From the NCBI GenBank assembly GCA_011109175.1, contig RDEW01000035.1:386902-450901 (forward strand): a stretch of DNA of 64,000 nucleotides. The letters run 5' to 3'. Origin of the DNA: Dicyema japonicum (lineage: Eukaryota > Animalia > Dicyemida). Below the pieces are notes generated by a model. The model was not told the DNA's origin, made no database searches, and saw only the letters and a program-made list of their open reading frames with translations. The position numbers and the translations under genes are program-made. Positions 37,175 to 50,409 of this stretch are shown piece after piece. Each line of letters opens with the position of its first letter. Position 1 is the stretch's first letter.

Positions 37175-38700
37175 TTATTTATTAACCCCGGCATCACAGA
37201 AAAAGAAAGACAAAAGTAATTTCAACTAGTTAGGTGATCCCAGTTCCCGCAACCAAACGTGCCATCCGAAGCCTGTGTGTCTCCATTGTTCCCACTGTCG
37301 AACGGAAGTGACTTCTTTGATCCTTGCAGAGGAAGCCGATTGAGGACGGAAATTTCTTAGCCAACCGATTTTCTTTTGCATGGAACAGTGCGAGGCTTAG
37401 TAGGTGTTCATCTTCGCAAATGCGGATAAATTCGGAACCACATCTACGAGTTGTAGATTCCGTCAGAAGGAGAGGTATTTTTGTTCCACATTGTGGTCCC
37501 AGCATACGTGTTGTTTTTAAATGCAGGAAATTTTGTTTTTGGATAATGGCCTCTGATAACACGAATCTCCACGCAGCAGAGGCATATTCCACGGCCGGTG
37601 CGATTGTCTGGATGTATGATTCAGATTGCTTTATTCATATTCTCTGGGGTCTTCTGGATGAGGGCCCGTGTGACATTCAATTTCTGTAGTCCTTTGGTGA
37701 TGACTTGTTTGGTATGGTATGTAAAATTAAGCAGACTGTAGTATGTCACTCTTAGGATTGAGGGGTTTCTTGTGACAGGTATTCAAGTATGTCCGATGAA
37801 GATTTCTGGTGCTTCTTTTGACCTCCGGTCAGAGGTGAATAGAGTGCATAATAATTTTGGAGCCGATACCGAGAGACGGTTATCTATCAACCAATAGTAA
37901 ATACAATCCACTTTCTTCTGTGCGAGTGAGATGCTTCTGATGTCGAACTGCTTCTTGTTGCAATGATGAAATCGTCAGCACAAGAAAGCAGTAGGAAGTT
38001 CTTGTCAATGTCTACTGGCAGGTCGTGGAGGAAAAGGTTGAATAGAGTGGGGGACAAAAGCGAACCTTGGGACACTCCGTTTGGTAGTAAACGTGATCGT
38101 GACCTGAGGTAGCCACAGATGACCCTTCCACGTCTTCCAGATAAAAAATTGCCCAACCATGGCTTCAAGTTAGGGCGAATTTTTGAATCAAAGATTTTTC
38201 CAATTAAATGTCTCCTCGGTACCGAGTTAAACGATGTCAATCGAGACCATTGTTGTCCACATGTGTTTTTGGGTAGTGTTGAATCCATCCGCAATAAACT
38301 GCGAAAGCGTTGATAAGTCGTGGTTGATCTTCCAGAATGGAATCCGTGTTGGAAATTCAGTTGAGTTAGAGAAGTAATTTCAATCAATTTTAGATTTGAC
38401 CTATCAGATGTTAATGAGTGCCTCTTTCGTAACAACAAACCCGTGTCCGAGAAGGTTACCTCAATATATATTTCAACCTGGTCGCCACCTCTTGAAAAAT
38501 TATCATCAGAGCAATCAAGGACAACATTCGAAATGCTTGGATCCAAATCCTCTGTTTTGCATGTCCTGTCCTCGGTACCCACCCGAATGATCTGAAAGAG
38601 GGAAATCTCAACTTAGTAGTCAAAAAGAACGCTTCGAAGTAGCAAAACGCCAACCGAAAACCAATCAATCGAGGATAACTTACTCTCTTCCAGAACCACA
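37175..38700 (-). mobile_element. Ingi/Vingi-like LINE RT + 3' end
   Basis: PNGVSQGSLLSPTLFNLFLHDLP...SCADD; MEYASAAW; 3' stem gggatcac/gtgatgcc and taataaataata tail. Confidence 0.85.
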
Positions 38701-38749
38701 AGTGAGATTTAGGTGCTTAATTTAACAATAACATTATTGTCGTGGATAT

Positions 38750-39550
38750 TCGAGACTTAAGTTAATTCCTCAGTAATGACAAACACATGTTTCACAAATA
38801 TGGACCTATTGAGGACCATTGACGCAGAGGTCATCTATTGAGAATTATTGAACATTTCCTTTGACAAAATTGGCTTGATTCAACGCAAACTTCCACTTCA
38901 TTTTAGAAGGATCGATATCTGCTCGTCTCTCAAACTGTCCTTCCGACTTGACTTTCTTAATGAACACTGATAGCAATCTCACTTGCAGATCCTAAACTAC
39001 AAACACGCATCTTAGGCCTAGCCGTTATAAGTCTTGTTTAAGAAATTTGAATACTCCTAAATTTTAAGATTTCTAAAACCCGAAGATCTTTTTTGTGCCA
39101 ATAAAGCTGAGGCGATCAACATCACAAGCATTTCTAGCCCCCAATATCTGCAAATAAGGGTGGTTTGTGGCTCTTCCTTGTAGATCTCTCGAAACGGTTC
39201 AACGCGAATAGAAATCTGTCTACGGTTCAATGTTCGAATGAGTCACCGGTGCAAATGTTGGAAAATTGTTGATGTTGAACGACTTCGCATACTTTCCTGC
39301 CGACGAAGTGCTGGGAGGATCACAGAGAGTTTGAAACCGCTGGATATCTTGTACATCCCGAGCTCCCGGACTAGACAACACAAATATGACGACTTTTTCC
39401 CCTGGAAGAATGAAAATTACCTTGGTAGGATACCACTTGTTAGGATAGTTCTCTTTATCAAACCTCACGATTACTCCAACTAAATCAAGATCGGCTTCAG
39501 TAAGAGCCAATATCACCAAAGGAAGAAAATACAGGAGGGACTTAGAGGAA
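38750..39550 (-). mobile_element. Highly decayed RT remnant
   Basis: WYPTKVIFILPGEK resembles RT domain 1 WKxAxVIPIxKxGK; rest fragmentary. Confidence 0.4.
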
Positions 39551-39854
39551 TGGACTCTTAATCACGAGAGCTTAACTAGAAATACACACCCCTGTCTCAA
39601 AACATCCTCAGCATTACATGATGCTTTAATGACTTTCACTCTTATAAAAAGGAATTCATAACTAAGAATCAATCTCAGTGGTTATAAATAAATTTTAATG
39701 AGTCCATACCCACGTTATAAAACAACACGGATAAATGTGCGGTCATCCTAAGCAATCTCCAACCAGCAAACTCCTTGGACATAAATAAACAACATGCTAT
39801 CTCCCAACATAAAAACCATTCCAAACCAGTAACCTAACCACGTGCAATTACAAA

Positions 39855-40618
39855 TCATTCTTTATTATGTAACAGACTGCCTTTAGAATTGCAGTGAATA
39901 AAATAATCAAACAAATCATCCAAATCACACGACTTTAGGTCAATATTCTTACGAAATCTCACATTGGGGAGTACTCCACTTATAAACACGTATATCTTCC
40001 GTCTTAGACAGACGAGACAGTCTCCCAAATCACTCAATCTCCAATCCGTTCGCTCACTCCCATCCTCGTCCGCCACACACATCGCACAAATATCCTTACT
40101 ATCAACACGTGGTCGTCGATACGGATCTCGTTCCTCCACCTTCCTCAGAGCACAGCTCAAATCTGTCAGCAGTCTCTCCAAATCTGGTGAACGATAGTCA
40201 AAAGACTCCGAAAACTTCATTTCTGGAACAATTTCCTTCAAAAACTCGAAGACACGCGTTCTGAGTTGAATGATTCGACTAACAATGGCGGCTCGGAGTT
40301 GCTGAGTAACAATTTCAGAGACTTTCCGTCTTTTCGCTGCCTGCTGTTGGTCGTTTACTGGGAATTGGACTTTGTTATTGGTTTCAAAATCTTCATCCTG
40401 ACTGCTAGAGTCGTCCTTTCGCCTGTAGAGAGACAGGGATGTCGGATCCTGAGGAGTATAACCTCGGAACTTTGACTTTATGTTGAGGGTTTTCAGGATT
40501 TTGTTGTTAATGAGGCCACTTGATGACTTTCGGAGGTTATGGCTCTTTCTTTTAGTTCTTTTTTGAAATTCTTTAGAGATTAAGAATTATAGGTACCTGA
40601 TTGATCGGGGTTAAGCAT
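39855..40618 (-). CDS. Hypothetical ~230-aa protein with basic N-terminus and tandem 35-aa module
   Basis: ATG 40618; 26-nt intron 40571-40596; 40-nt intron 40423-40462 restores frame; internal repeat aligns without gaps at 10/35 identities. Confidence 0.65.
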
Positions 40619-40759
40619 TATTTTTAAAATTTACGAATGTCCCACAACAACCTTAAAAGCTTCCTTGGTATTTTTTAAATTTAAATTAATTTTTAATTTT
40701 ATAATTTAAACAATTTTTTATTTTAATTATATATATCTGATTAAACATTGAGAAGTATA

Positions 40760-41415
40760 TTGAAGAGGATAAAACACCAGGCTTGACGTTTACCTCAGCA
40801 CGAAAAAATACACAGGCAAACACCACGAATTAAATTGTATGACTCCCTGCTTCCCATTAAGAAGACACTTTCAATCCTTGAAGTCATTCTGGATCCCATC
40901 CTTACATTTACTCATCAAATGTACTTAGTAATCGCGAGGATCCAAAAGAAAATTGGAATTCTCAAGGCTTTTACTCACTCTCCAATATCTTCCTGCCCAT
41001 GGTTAGAGCTTCTATACAAACAATTTGTTATACCTATTATTGAGTACGCCTGTGCTGCATGGATTGCCCCTTTATCACCATCGACACAGAGCAAGCTGGA
41101 GGTTATACAAAATCGATGTCTCAGAATACTATTGAGATCGTTGAAAAAGACGAAGAACACTAAACGTCCCCCCAATCATGGAATACTTTACACCGAGACT
41201 TCCTCAAGATGGCAAAGTCCCCTGATTATCACCTCGGGCCGCACATCAAACTATATTTGGACGCCTACCCGAGAGCATCCCCGCTGTGGAGATGTATCCA
41301 GGACTCCAAAACTAACCGCAGGAAAAGGAATGGCATAAACACGGGATCACTAAATTAGACAATATCCGCTTTCTCGTGATTTTGGGGTTAATAAGGTTAA
41401 TAAAATAAAAATAAA
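40760..41415 (+). mobile_element. LINE 3' fragment
   Basis: ILEVILDPILTF...LYKQFVIPIIEYACAAW...LEVIQNRCLR; stem gggatcac/gtgatttg and tail at 41343-41415. Confidence 0.85.
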
Positions 41416-41899
41416 TGGCCTGCCCTGAAGCTCAGAAATATTGTTTAAATTTCTTATTTTGAAATTAATAAAATAAACTATGATTTAAATATTTTTTCTT
41501 GTGATGAAGTTCCTAAAAATAGCACGAGATATAAAAAAGCTATCAAACATAGTTTTAGTGAAATATGTATTATAGATGGATTTTCCAAACTCCTCCATAT
41601 TTAAAAACATCCTCACCATCTGTCGACAACCTGCCAAACACGACCATTTGATGACTTCATTTGCCCAGTATATTGAAGGACAGCGCCTTTTAACCGTTTT
41701 CCCTCATTTTATATCCAAGAACATAATTAGCAAATATAAGCACGTGGAAGCTAATTCAGAGACTAGTGCCCACAGAATTGGCTTCAAACTACCTAAAATT
41801 AACTAACATTTTTAAATATTTTATTCATTTGTAACAAAAACTTATGATCTAATAGGATGGGGACACATATAGAGCAGAATACGAGCCTCTGCACTCTGT

Positions 41900-42720
41900 T
41901 TCAAATTCCCTAAGGTTCTGTTGATCTTGTGCTTGCCGTGTTATTACTGCTTCGCATCAGCTTGCCAAATCGATATGTGAGCAAATATGAAATTAGTCAT
42001 AATTTGACATCTGATAGTTCCGTATGTAGACGAGAGAGTTATCGTATCGGACATATAACACTAGATGGGAGGGATCTCAGCCGACTTCCCCATATGGATT
42101 GCTTTAAGCACAATTGTCGAACTTAAATGCACGAATGGGGTACTCTGAGGCAGTAAGATAAACTGGTAGTTTTTTACGTTTATGAAGAATGTGTAGTGTT
42201 TTACGCCTATGAGGATCTGTATTTTGTAGTGGAAGCAGTGGTAATACTCCCCTATCGACAGGAAGATGCGAATTCCCTGGGACAAATCGAGTTCCTGAGT
42301 GTTTCCTGATTCATTTTTCTGTTCTATTGAGCTTTTTGTGACCGTTTTTGGACAAGAAATGACTTGTCATAGAACTACGTATTAAAATCTTCAGTCCTCG
42401 ACTATCCTTCAAATCATCATCGGACATGACTCAATGATGACTTCCTAATTTTGGAGATCTTAGAATGAATGAATAACGCACGTGGACTTGTTTGCTTTTG
42501 TTTGATGTAAATCTAATTGTCTTAATTGCAGAAAAGGTCGGTAAACATTGATTAAATTGTACGTCGTCATTCTGTCACGTGAAAACTCGAGGGACCACAA
42601 TTTCCGTTCAACAGTCTTACCATACTGTACAAGCCTGGAGCGGCTCTTGTTTACTTGAGACTGAGCACCAATATTTTTTCCATTCCAAACGTCAAAACTT
42701 ACCACGATCGATCACGTGGG
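41900..42720 (-). mobile_element. APE endonuclease remnant
   Basis: TYNLINVYRPF and a degenerate GDFN-like motif; many stops. Confidence 0.5.
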
Positions 42721-43584
42721 GTTATTTGTGGATAATGTTGGAAGACAGCTAACATCACCACAAGGATCATCCAAATGTGCTTCAAAACCTGGAAATCATT
42801 CGCTTTGACGAATTAACCGAATCTCCCTATCCCTTTAAACAGCTATATAACTCCTAACCTATTAATCCTAAAGTGATCCGCCAGACATACATTACACATT
42901 TTTGTCCTCGTCGGCTCAGCAGAACAGGAGGATTGTACTTGTCGTTGGTTAAACTAAAAGTATTTATGTTTTAAGGACTTCCTGATTAGTAACTAGTTAC
43001 GGTAATAAAGATTGTGCCGAATCCGTAGTCACTGTCGATGTAAAATATGCTGGGGGACATATGAAACTTTCATTTATTGGTAGTCTACTTACTGGTGGAT
43101 GCAAATAAACGATATCTGATGTAAGGGGTAGAAAATCTGGTTAATACTGACAGTAGAGGAATATAAAAATAGTCTCAGATTCTTTTTGACGACAATAATT
43201 ACCTTCGGGAATGTGGATTTGGTGGATCCCTTATAATCACTTAACCTCAATATAATTTGTTTGTAGTTATTCAGGTTGTTCCCCAATAAACTGAGAATTG
43301 TGTTTGATCCTATGATCTCAAATAATGAATCCTCAGCGATTAACTCATTTTATTGCCATGGGGGTAATGATTCAAATTGTCGTTAACACTCCTATTTAGA
43401 ACAATGATCTTTGTTTATTAGTAATCGTTGTCATGAAGGACAGTTGCATTAGTCATTATGGTTGACTATGATAATGGTAGTAACGTGTAGCTAAAAGCAA
43501 TTGAGACAATGAAAATTGACTTGATGAGAGTAAAAGGAAATGAAATCCGCAAACCAACAGAAAGAAATCCAAATTAATTAAAAA

Positions 43585-44303
43585 CTAATTAAGCTCCTCA
43601 TATGAGGTTTTTCTCATCCTTCTTGCGACAAAGAAGGAGACGAGGATCACAGTCAGAAGACCAAGCAGGACGGATCCCACGACAATGGGCACAATCTTTG
43701 AAATCTTGTTACGGCAGTCAATTGCTTCAATAAATCCAAACCAAACCAGCTCCTGTGAAACTATCGGAATTCCGGAAGAACAAAGCCTCAAATGTAACAG
43801 TTTCACTTCAGATGAATTCCCCATGGGAATATTTTCAGACTCACACGTGACATATTTGCCAGAAGTAGAATGCATATATTTGGTTGTCCAACGAAATTAT
43901 TCCCCCGGAAGTAAACTCAGTACGATTGACAAAATAAGACTGATCCTTTTCCAAGACCACGTAAAACTTGATCTCCTTGTCTCCAGACCTCAGACTGAAC
44001 ATACATGAGGTCTTCAACACAACTGAATTTGATGTGCTCGCAGAAGCCGGAAAGACAAAGTTAGTAGTCTTAAATTATCAGAAAACTAACCTGTCCTCCG
44101 AGAGTAATGTACGTTACATTTACAGTTGCACTGAAAACTGCATAGTACATATCACCGGTTTTAGCAGTCCACGTGGGTGGAAATGGGGTAACAGTAGTTG
44201 ACGGAGTACTTGAAGTCGTCTTAGTGGAAGTAGTGTCTTTGGTCTTTACCAGTGAGATTAAAGAAAAGTTTGCAATCATGCAGAACAAAAATCCATAAAT
44301 CAT
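43585..44303 (-). CDS. LAMP: LAMP-family lysosomal membrane glycoprotein (single luminal domain); one apparent frameshift near 43880
   Basis: Signal peptide, T/S/P-rich stalk, 22-nt intron 44069-44090, GKYVTC...C, TM IVPIVVGSVLLGLLTVILVSFFV, cytosolic tail RRMRKTSYEELN with YxxL. Confidence 0.8.
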
Positions 44304-44759
44304 TTGTGACTAACAAAGAAAGAGCAAAATAAGTGTGTCAATTTTATGCAAGTTATTTATATTTATTACCTCTGGGATTTATTTTTTTATTCATTTTTGA
44401 TAATAAATATAACATTAAAATATTTAATTTGTGGATAATTAGTAGATTTTAATAAAATTCGTTTTGCTTTGGTTAACCATAGGTAATTGATTGTGTACAA
44501 TGGTTTTTGCTGTCATCTAAGTAATAGTACTTATAACTTGCTAATTAGTTCAAAGTAATAACCAGTTGCTTATTTAGCATAAATTTATTTTAACGAAAAA
44601 ATCAATAATTTATGCAAATGTGTTTGTTAGCACGAATATTGCCTTTTAAAAATTAAAACAACTATGGTGCTGGACCCTTGTATCATGATCCACTCCCTCC
44701 TATTATTTACCTTCCAAGTAAACTAATGGGGCTCGTTAACTTCCTCGTGGAATTCTGAT

Positions 44760-46400
44760 TCCTTAATTAACCCTATATTCTCCGCGAGACATAGTTTTTA
44801 TATGAAAGTCATACTCCCAAAGTTTTCTTGTCAACCAGAATTATTGCATGCATTTTTTACATTCAATGACCTGTCAGTAAACCCACAATTGTGATGCTAC
44901 AGACCATTCCAAAAGAGTAATAGTGGCACAATTTAGACCTTCTCATGATCCATCAACTCCGGGTCATGTCGTATATCATTTTCAGTCCACTTGCTTAATA
45001 TTTGTGAATGTGTTATTCCCACTTGGAGTCTGACATATTCTCATTGATTATGTCTGTTAGAATGTCAACCATTATTTTCACGAAATCATTACAGACTGTT
45101 ATGAATGTTTTAACTTTGGTTTTTGGGCCAAACTCTATGCAAAAGTGTGAGTGTAGACATCCCACAACTCTGTTATGTTTTCTTGCAGGATCTTCTTTCA
45201 CAGCACAAATTCCACTATGATCACCAACTGTTTTCTATCTTGAGCTGTTAATGCTTCTAGAGAATTGTTCCATTATCCAACTTGGAAGTATGGCAAACAG
45301 ATTGCATGTGTCTGAATTCTTCAACCGTAGCCGAATGTGTTCTATCTAGAATTTCGACTTGAAGAATTGAGCCGCTTGTACTTTTGAGTTTAAGATTGTA
45401 CAAAAATCCGAACAACATTTTTTTCACTTAAATGAATGTAGTCCTCTCCCAAGCTACGAGGTAAATGTAATCTCTTCGTGCTCCAGTCTAAAATGCATAT
45501 TTAGTCAATAGACTAAGGACAGCTTACTACTTTTAGATAATCTGTAGGGTGAATTTCAAACTTCCATAGTCTGATTTCTTAGTAAGTTGATCTTTTCGAT
45601 ATCTTCATCACATTTTAGACATGTGGATTTTTTGAGAATTACTGGAGGAAATAATAATGTTGCTTGTCTTTAATCAACCGTCCGTCTTTCCAACCCTCTT
45701 TTTGCTGCAAGAGCGACAAGGAGATCACAACTATCTTTTAAATTTGCATGTGGATTACTGTTGAAGTATTATTCGAGAAATAATAGTCATTAGTATAATA
45801 TTGTGTCGTCCTCTTCCATATCTGACTTTATGTCTCTTCAAGATTTTCATGTTAATTTTAATTTTCGATAGGTTATCTTCAAGACAATCGATGGCCTGTT
45901 AACCCTTAAGAAGCCTCAAGACCATCGAGAAAGTATATGTTTATGCATAGTAATTGACACAAGTTTATATTAAGTGGTCCGCCACCACTCGTGAAGAGTT
46001 TTCTCAAATTTCTACAGTGGAACTAGATCTGGATGTCCTTCTTTGAGAATGATCTAGATTCCTCTGCATTGATAACCCATTCACCGAATGATTCCAGGTT
46101 CTTGATATCAGTCATTGTTTCTGGGCGTTCCTTTTGAAAGGAGAGTAGTATTTGATGGTCTCTTGATGTCCTAAGTACTTTAAGTGTATAGCAGAAACAC
46201 CGTAGGAACACTCGTCTGGAGTGCAGTCTGCATTGCCTCACATGTAGGGAATAAAAAATGTTTTATGACAGACATATAGTTTCATTAGTTTATTCTCAAG
46301 TCTTATACAGATTGTGAAGAACTGGGAGTAAGTATTCTGTCCTTCTTTTTCATTATTAGTATCAGCCCTTCCCTCAAGGAGTAATTATGTTTGCATTTGT
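44760..46400 (-). mobile_element. R4/Dong-like LINE remnant (restriction-like endonuclease type)
   Basis: STKRLHLPRSLG(R)GL (~45445-45480), ARKHNRVVGCLH (~45155-45190), IILVDKK (~44825-44845) match R4-clade post-RT and REL motifs. Confidence 0.65.
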
Positions 46401-46409
46401 GTGAGCAGA

Positions 46410-46500
46410 ACTCACACTTTAAGAAAGAACAGTCATATAGTTTAATCCAAGACATTGAAAACGTTTTTGACCTTTTTTGCTTGTATGTGAGTTTTACAGA
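46410..46500 (-). mobile_element. tRNA-SINE tail fragment
   Basis: aaagaacagtcat...aatccaagacattgaaaacgttttt matches the reverse complement of 48700-48770 and resembles the tails at 11880 and 15780. Confidence 0.55.
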
Positions 46501-47399
46501 CAATACGGTTTCCTATTCCTCCAGTTGTCCTCAACTACAATGGGTCGGAACGTGAACCGAAAAACACCACTTGGTAGTTTTTCCTTGGCTTTTATTACTT
46601 TTTCCGCGACATGCAGCATGTCTACGCGCTCCCGATAATTTTGGATAGACAAAAGGGGTCGATGCAGGTGACATCAATACCAATGATTTCTCCTCCCCGA
46701 ATAATTCCGTCCGTCCGTTATCAGTCTCCTCTGTCCAAGCCGACCGATTCCAATATAGAGGGTATCCAGTCGACTCCAGCATTTGGTTCAGGATCCCATT
46801 TATTGCCTTATAGCTTCAGAATCGTCCTGCGCTTCTTCAGCAAGAAATGATAGTTGACGGTACCACCACAACGGCACTTGTGAGTCTGACAAATCTTCAG
46901 TCCAAGTATGATGAGATGTGGACAGTATCGTCAAGGTGGGTCTAGACGCTTCCGATTTGGAGGTTATTGATCAAAAACCACTCCTTTCGCATCTTCCAGT
47001 GACCAGAATGGCGTGTCGTTGTTGATTTGATCAGAATCTCTCATATCTATTTTTGCAGATGGACCTGTAAAGGTCTCTCTGCTCAGGGGGCCTGACATCT
47101 AGATGCTACATATCTCTAACGATTTTTATTGGGAGTTGAGGAATCGTCTTGATAACAGTTGAATGGAGCTCAAGGAGGATAAATACGCAAGGCGTGCTAC
47201 ATCAGCGGGTGAGAGGATTCCCAGTCCGCCAAAGCGAACGGGTAAGGTTACTTGGTCCCACACTTTATATGTATGAAAAGTTAAATTTTGTTATAATGGG
47301 TTCTTACAAGTGTTTTGTGAAGGACTGCATGGAATATAAAACTTAAAGGATGCTTTGGATAATAAATTTCGCGAAAATCTTCCGAGGTACCGAAAATAT

Positions 47400-47700
47400 A
47401 GGCTTGTTCAGACAATGGGTCTGAATGAAGAAATCAAGAAATAAAACTTAAAGAAAATAAAAATCAAAAAATACTTGTTCACAATCAATCAATCCACTAA
47501 CAATCAAGCAATTCACAGAAGGCCTAACAACCCTCAGGACAAAGGATTGTAGAAAGATTCAATCAAACGAGTTGTCCAAAATGCTGGATAACAGTGAAAA
47601 AAGTTGTTTGATAAGTTAGAAAATGTTGTGTGCAGTTATAACATATCTGTCCATTCATTTATAACAAAAGTCCTTCCGAATTTAAGTGATGAGTGAGTGA
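47400..47700 (+). mobile_element. DDE integrase (rve) remnant, LTR/Ginger-like
   Basis: SDNGSE, NPQDKGL.ERFNQT, YN.SVH...SP across frameshifts. Confidence 0.5.
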
Positions 47701-48619
47701 TTCGAGAGAAAATGGAAGATTCAGTTAATTGTTCGACTCCAGAATATATTGAAAATTCACGTAAATTGATTTAAATCTATTTGTAGATAATTCCGTCATA
47801 CAATTTGTTACCGAATGCGAAAGAATCAAATTCAAACCGATTGAAGATTCGAGTTATTACAAAGCTATGAACAGGAAAATGAATTTTCATAATAGTAAGT
47901 ATAATTTTAATGTGGGAGATCGGATCCACATGTATAGGACACAGATCGGATCCACTTATTGCTCTTGTAGCCTCAGAATGCGTAGAGTTCGATCCAAGAG
48001 GTTGTTTTATGTACAAAATTACTTAGGCGACAAAAGTGATTCTTAGAAAAGTCCTTGTGACTTAATACATCATCCGATTATTAGTTTCCTTAATATTCCT
48101 CCTGGGAGAGATTCTGTTTATTAGATATATTTAATTTGATTCCACGGATAGTATTCCAAACAAATCTTGTGGATTTCATATGCCCTAAGATGATAAGAGT
48201 CGGTTCCAAGACTTTTCTTTGCGTGTTGAAGTTATGATTATTCGATTTAAACATTTATATTTTTGAGGACAGAAAAGGTTGGTTCATAGTATTCTCTATA
48301 AGGGAATGAGATTTGGAGTCGAAACGTAGTGTTATAGCATTTATACACTACTCGAGGACAAACAGCTTTTCTACCCGGAGGATTATATGATTTAGATGGT
48401 CCACTGTCCTGTCGATAAAATCAAATGTGCATGGATCAGATGGAAGGGAAAATGGTTCTTGAGTCGACTGGATGGGGAAATGGTTCTTTTCGATGTCTTT
48501 CCACACTGAGCACCACCGCATAAGATGAACCACCTAATGCCAATCTACTGTCATGTTAAACCAGAACTACAAGTTATATGTATTGTCGGGAAATTGTGCA
48601 AAAAATATTTAAATAAGGT

Positions 48620-48775
48620 AAAACGAGTGACGTCATCAACAGTGATTCATCACTCCAGATTTTCTTCTGGGACTCACAAACAATCAAGAAAAAAGAACGA
48701 TAAGTCAAAACGTTTTCAATGTCTTGGATTAATTAGCATGACTGTTCTTTACTTCTTAAATAACATGTGAGTTCT
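48620..48775 (+). mobile_element. tRNA-SINE body/tail fragment
   Basis: acgagtgacgtcatcaacagtg plus tail actgttctttacttcttaaataa. Confidence 0.55.
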
Positions 48776-48829
48776 TTCTAAGCTGAGGTTAAACATTACT
48801 ACTCCTTAGAAGCTGATAATTAGTATTAT

Positions 48830-50409
48830 TAACCAAGAACACCAATAGTGAATTTAACTACTAAATTAAGTGATCTCTAAGGCCTCTATCAGATTTCTCA
48901 TTTTCTCCCCGTGCGCCTTCTGGGATCCAACACAACTTTTCTGTGGGCGGGGTGGTTTCGGGAATGGAATTGGAGAGGGGTGATGTATACCCTTCTCATA
49001 AGACACGTCGTGGCTGTGTATTGTTGAGAGTTGCACTGCTTGCACAGGGTAGCAAATCCCATTCCATTTTGTCGGATAAGGTTTTCAAGTGATGAGGGTA
49101 TTAGTTTTTATAGTTTCCCGAGACTACTAATATTAGTGGCTGTTAAGGCCTGAATGTCCCGGATTCATTGTTTGTTCGTCCAGGATAGATTGATTCCCCA
49201 TGATGTACAGGCATAGCTGACAGATGGCTCAATGAATTGTTTTATACAACAATTTCAAAGCTGGAAAGGGTTTTAGTGCCACCGAAAATAGTTTTGATTA
49301 TTCTTAGCTGTCTTGAGCAGCTTCCAGAGACAGCTTCGATGTGAGATGAAAAAGACATGTGTGTGTCGAAGATGATCCCCAAGATTTTCAGTTTCTTCGT
49401 GACAAATATTTTTGTCTGGTTGATAAATATATCCACTGTCATTTGTCCAAGTCGTTTGTCTAAGGTAAATAAAGACGAAGATTTTTCAGTAGATATATCA
49501 AGCCGGTTATAATTTAGCCAAATTTTAATCTTGTGAAGGTATTCTTATAGTCTTTCTGATGCCTTTGGGAGATCTTAATCGCGGAATCCGACTAATTGGT
49601 AATCAGCATATGATAGGAGGGAATCGTTCTTTATTATCGGTTGTGGTAATTCAGACATGTTTAAGTTAAATAAGGCAGGTGATAAAGGGAACCTTGTGGG
49701 ACCATGTATACCAGGGCCCTTCTTCTATTGATGAAGTTAGAAGCCAGAGTTTTGCATTTGGTTTACGGAAAAGACCAAACAATTTCCGGGTTAGGATTTT
49801 CCTGTAGACAGAATCGAAGCCTTTTGTAAATCGATCGAGGAACGACTATTTTGAGGTGGCGAGGATTTTGTGTTAAAACCTTCAAGCATAAATTGGTTGA
49901 GGGCAGTGAGGTGTATAGAAGTTGAATAACCCCTTCTGGATCCATGTTGTGAGAATGAAAAAGGAAGGGACAGGGTTTATAAGATTAAAAATCATTTTTT
50001 CCAATAATTTTTGAGTGCATAGTAAAGAAATTGGTTGAAATAAAGCAGGATTGTCCTTAGGCTTCCTAGGCTAAGGATTGGGCGTATATAGGACAGTTTC
50101 CAAATAGTTGGAATTGTATTCATGTTTATTTAATAGTTGAAAATCACTGTGATCGCATCAATCGCAATAGGTCCTAGGTGTTTTAGTAAGATGCCAGGGA
50201 TAGAATCAGGCCCACATGAGAGGAAAGAATTCATCCTCTTCAAACCCTCACTGACATCTGAATGTGAGATAAAGTTAATCGGCTTGGTTCTCTTCGGTCT
50301 CATTGAGGATAAAGAAGGTTCATCCGTTTTCCTGAAAGGTTTGTGGCGTATATTGGCGTAATATTTCATGAGCTTGTTAAGACTGTGCTGATCCGTCTTT
50401 TGTCTGTTA
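48830..50409 (-). mobile_element. Host LINE, 3' half (RT + 3' end); continues at 53248-54535
   Basis: LMKYYANIRHK...GPDSIPGILLKHLG; VPQGSPLSPALFNL...SYAD; 3' stem and tail at 48820-48885. Confidence 0.8.

Noticed and set aside
44304-44370. General spliced-leader trans-splicing signal (AG just before ATG in LAMP, CEP120, HECTD1)
   Set aside because: Absent before RAB1 and the 40618 gene, and LAMP has a usable upstream GT donor.
47760-48520. Penelope-like GIY-YIG remnant
   Set aside because: Only a weak GIIYK motif; no supporting RT motifs could be read.
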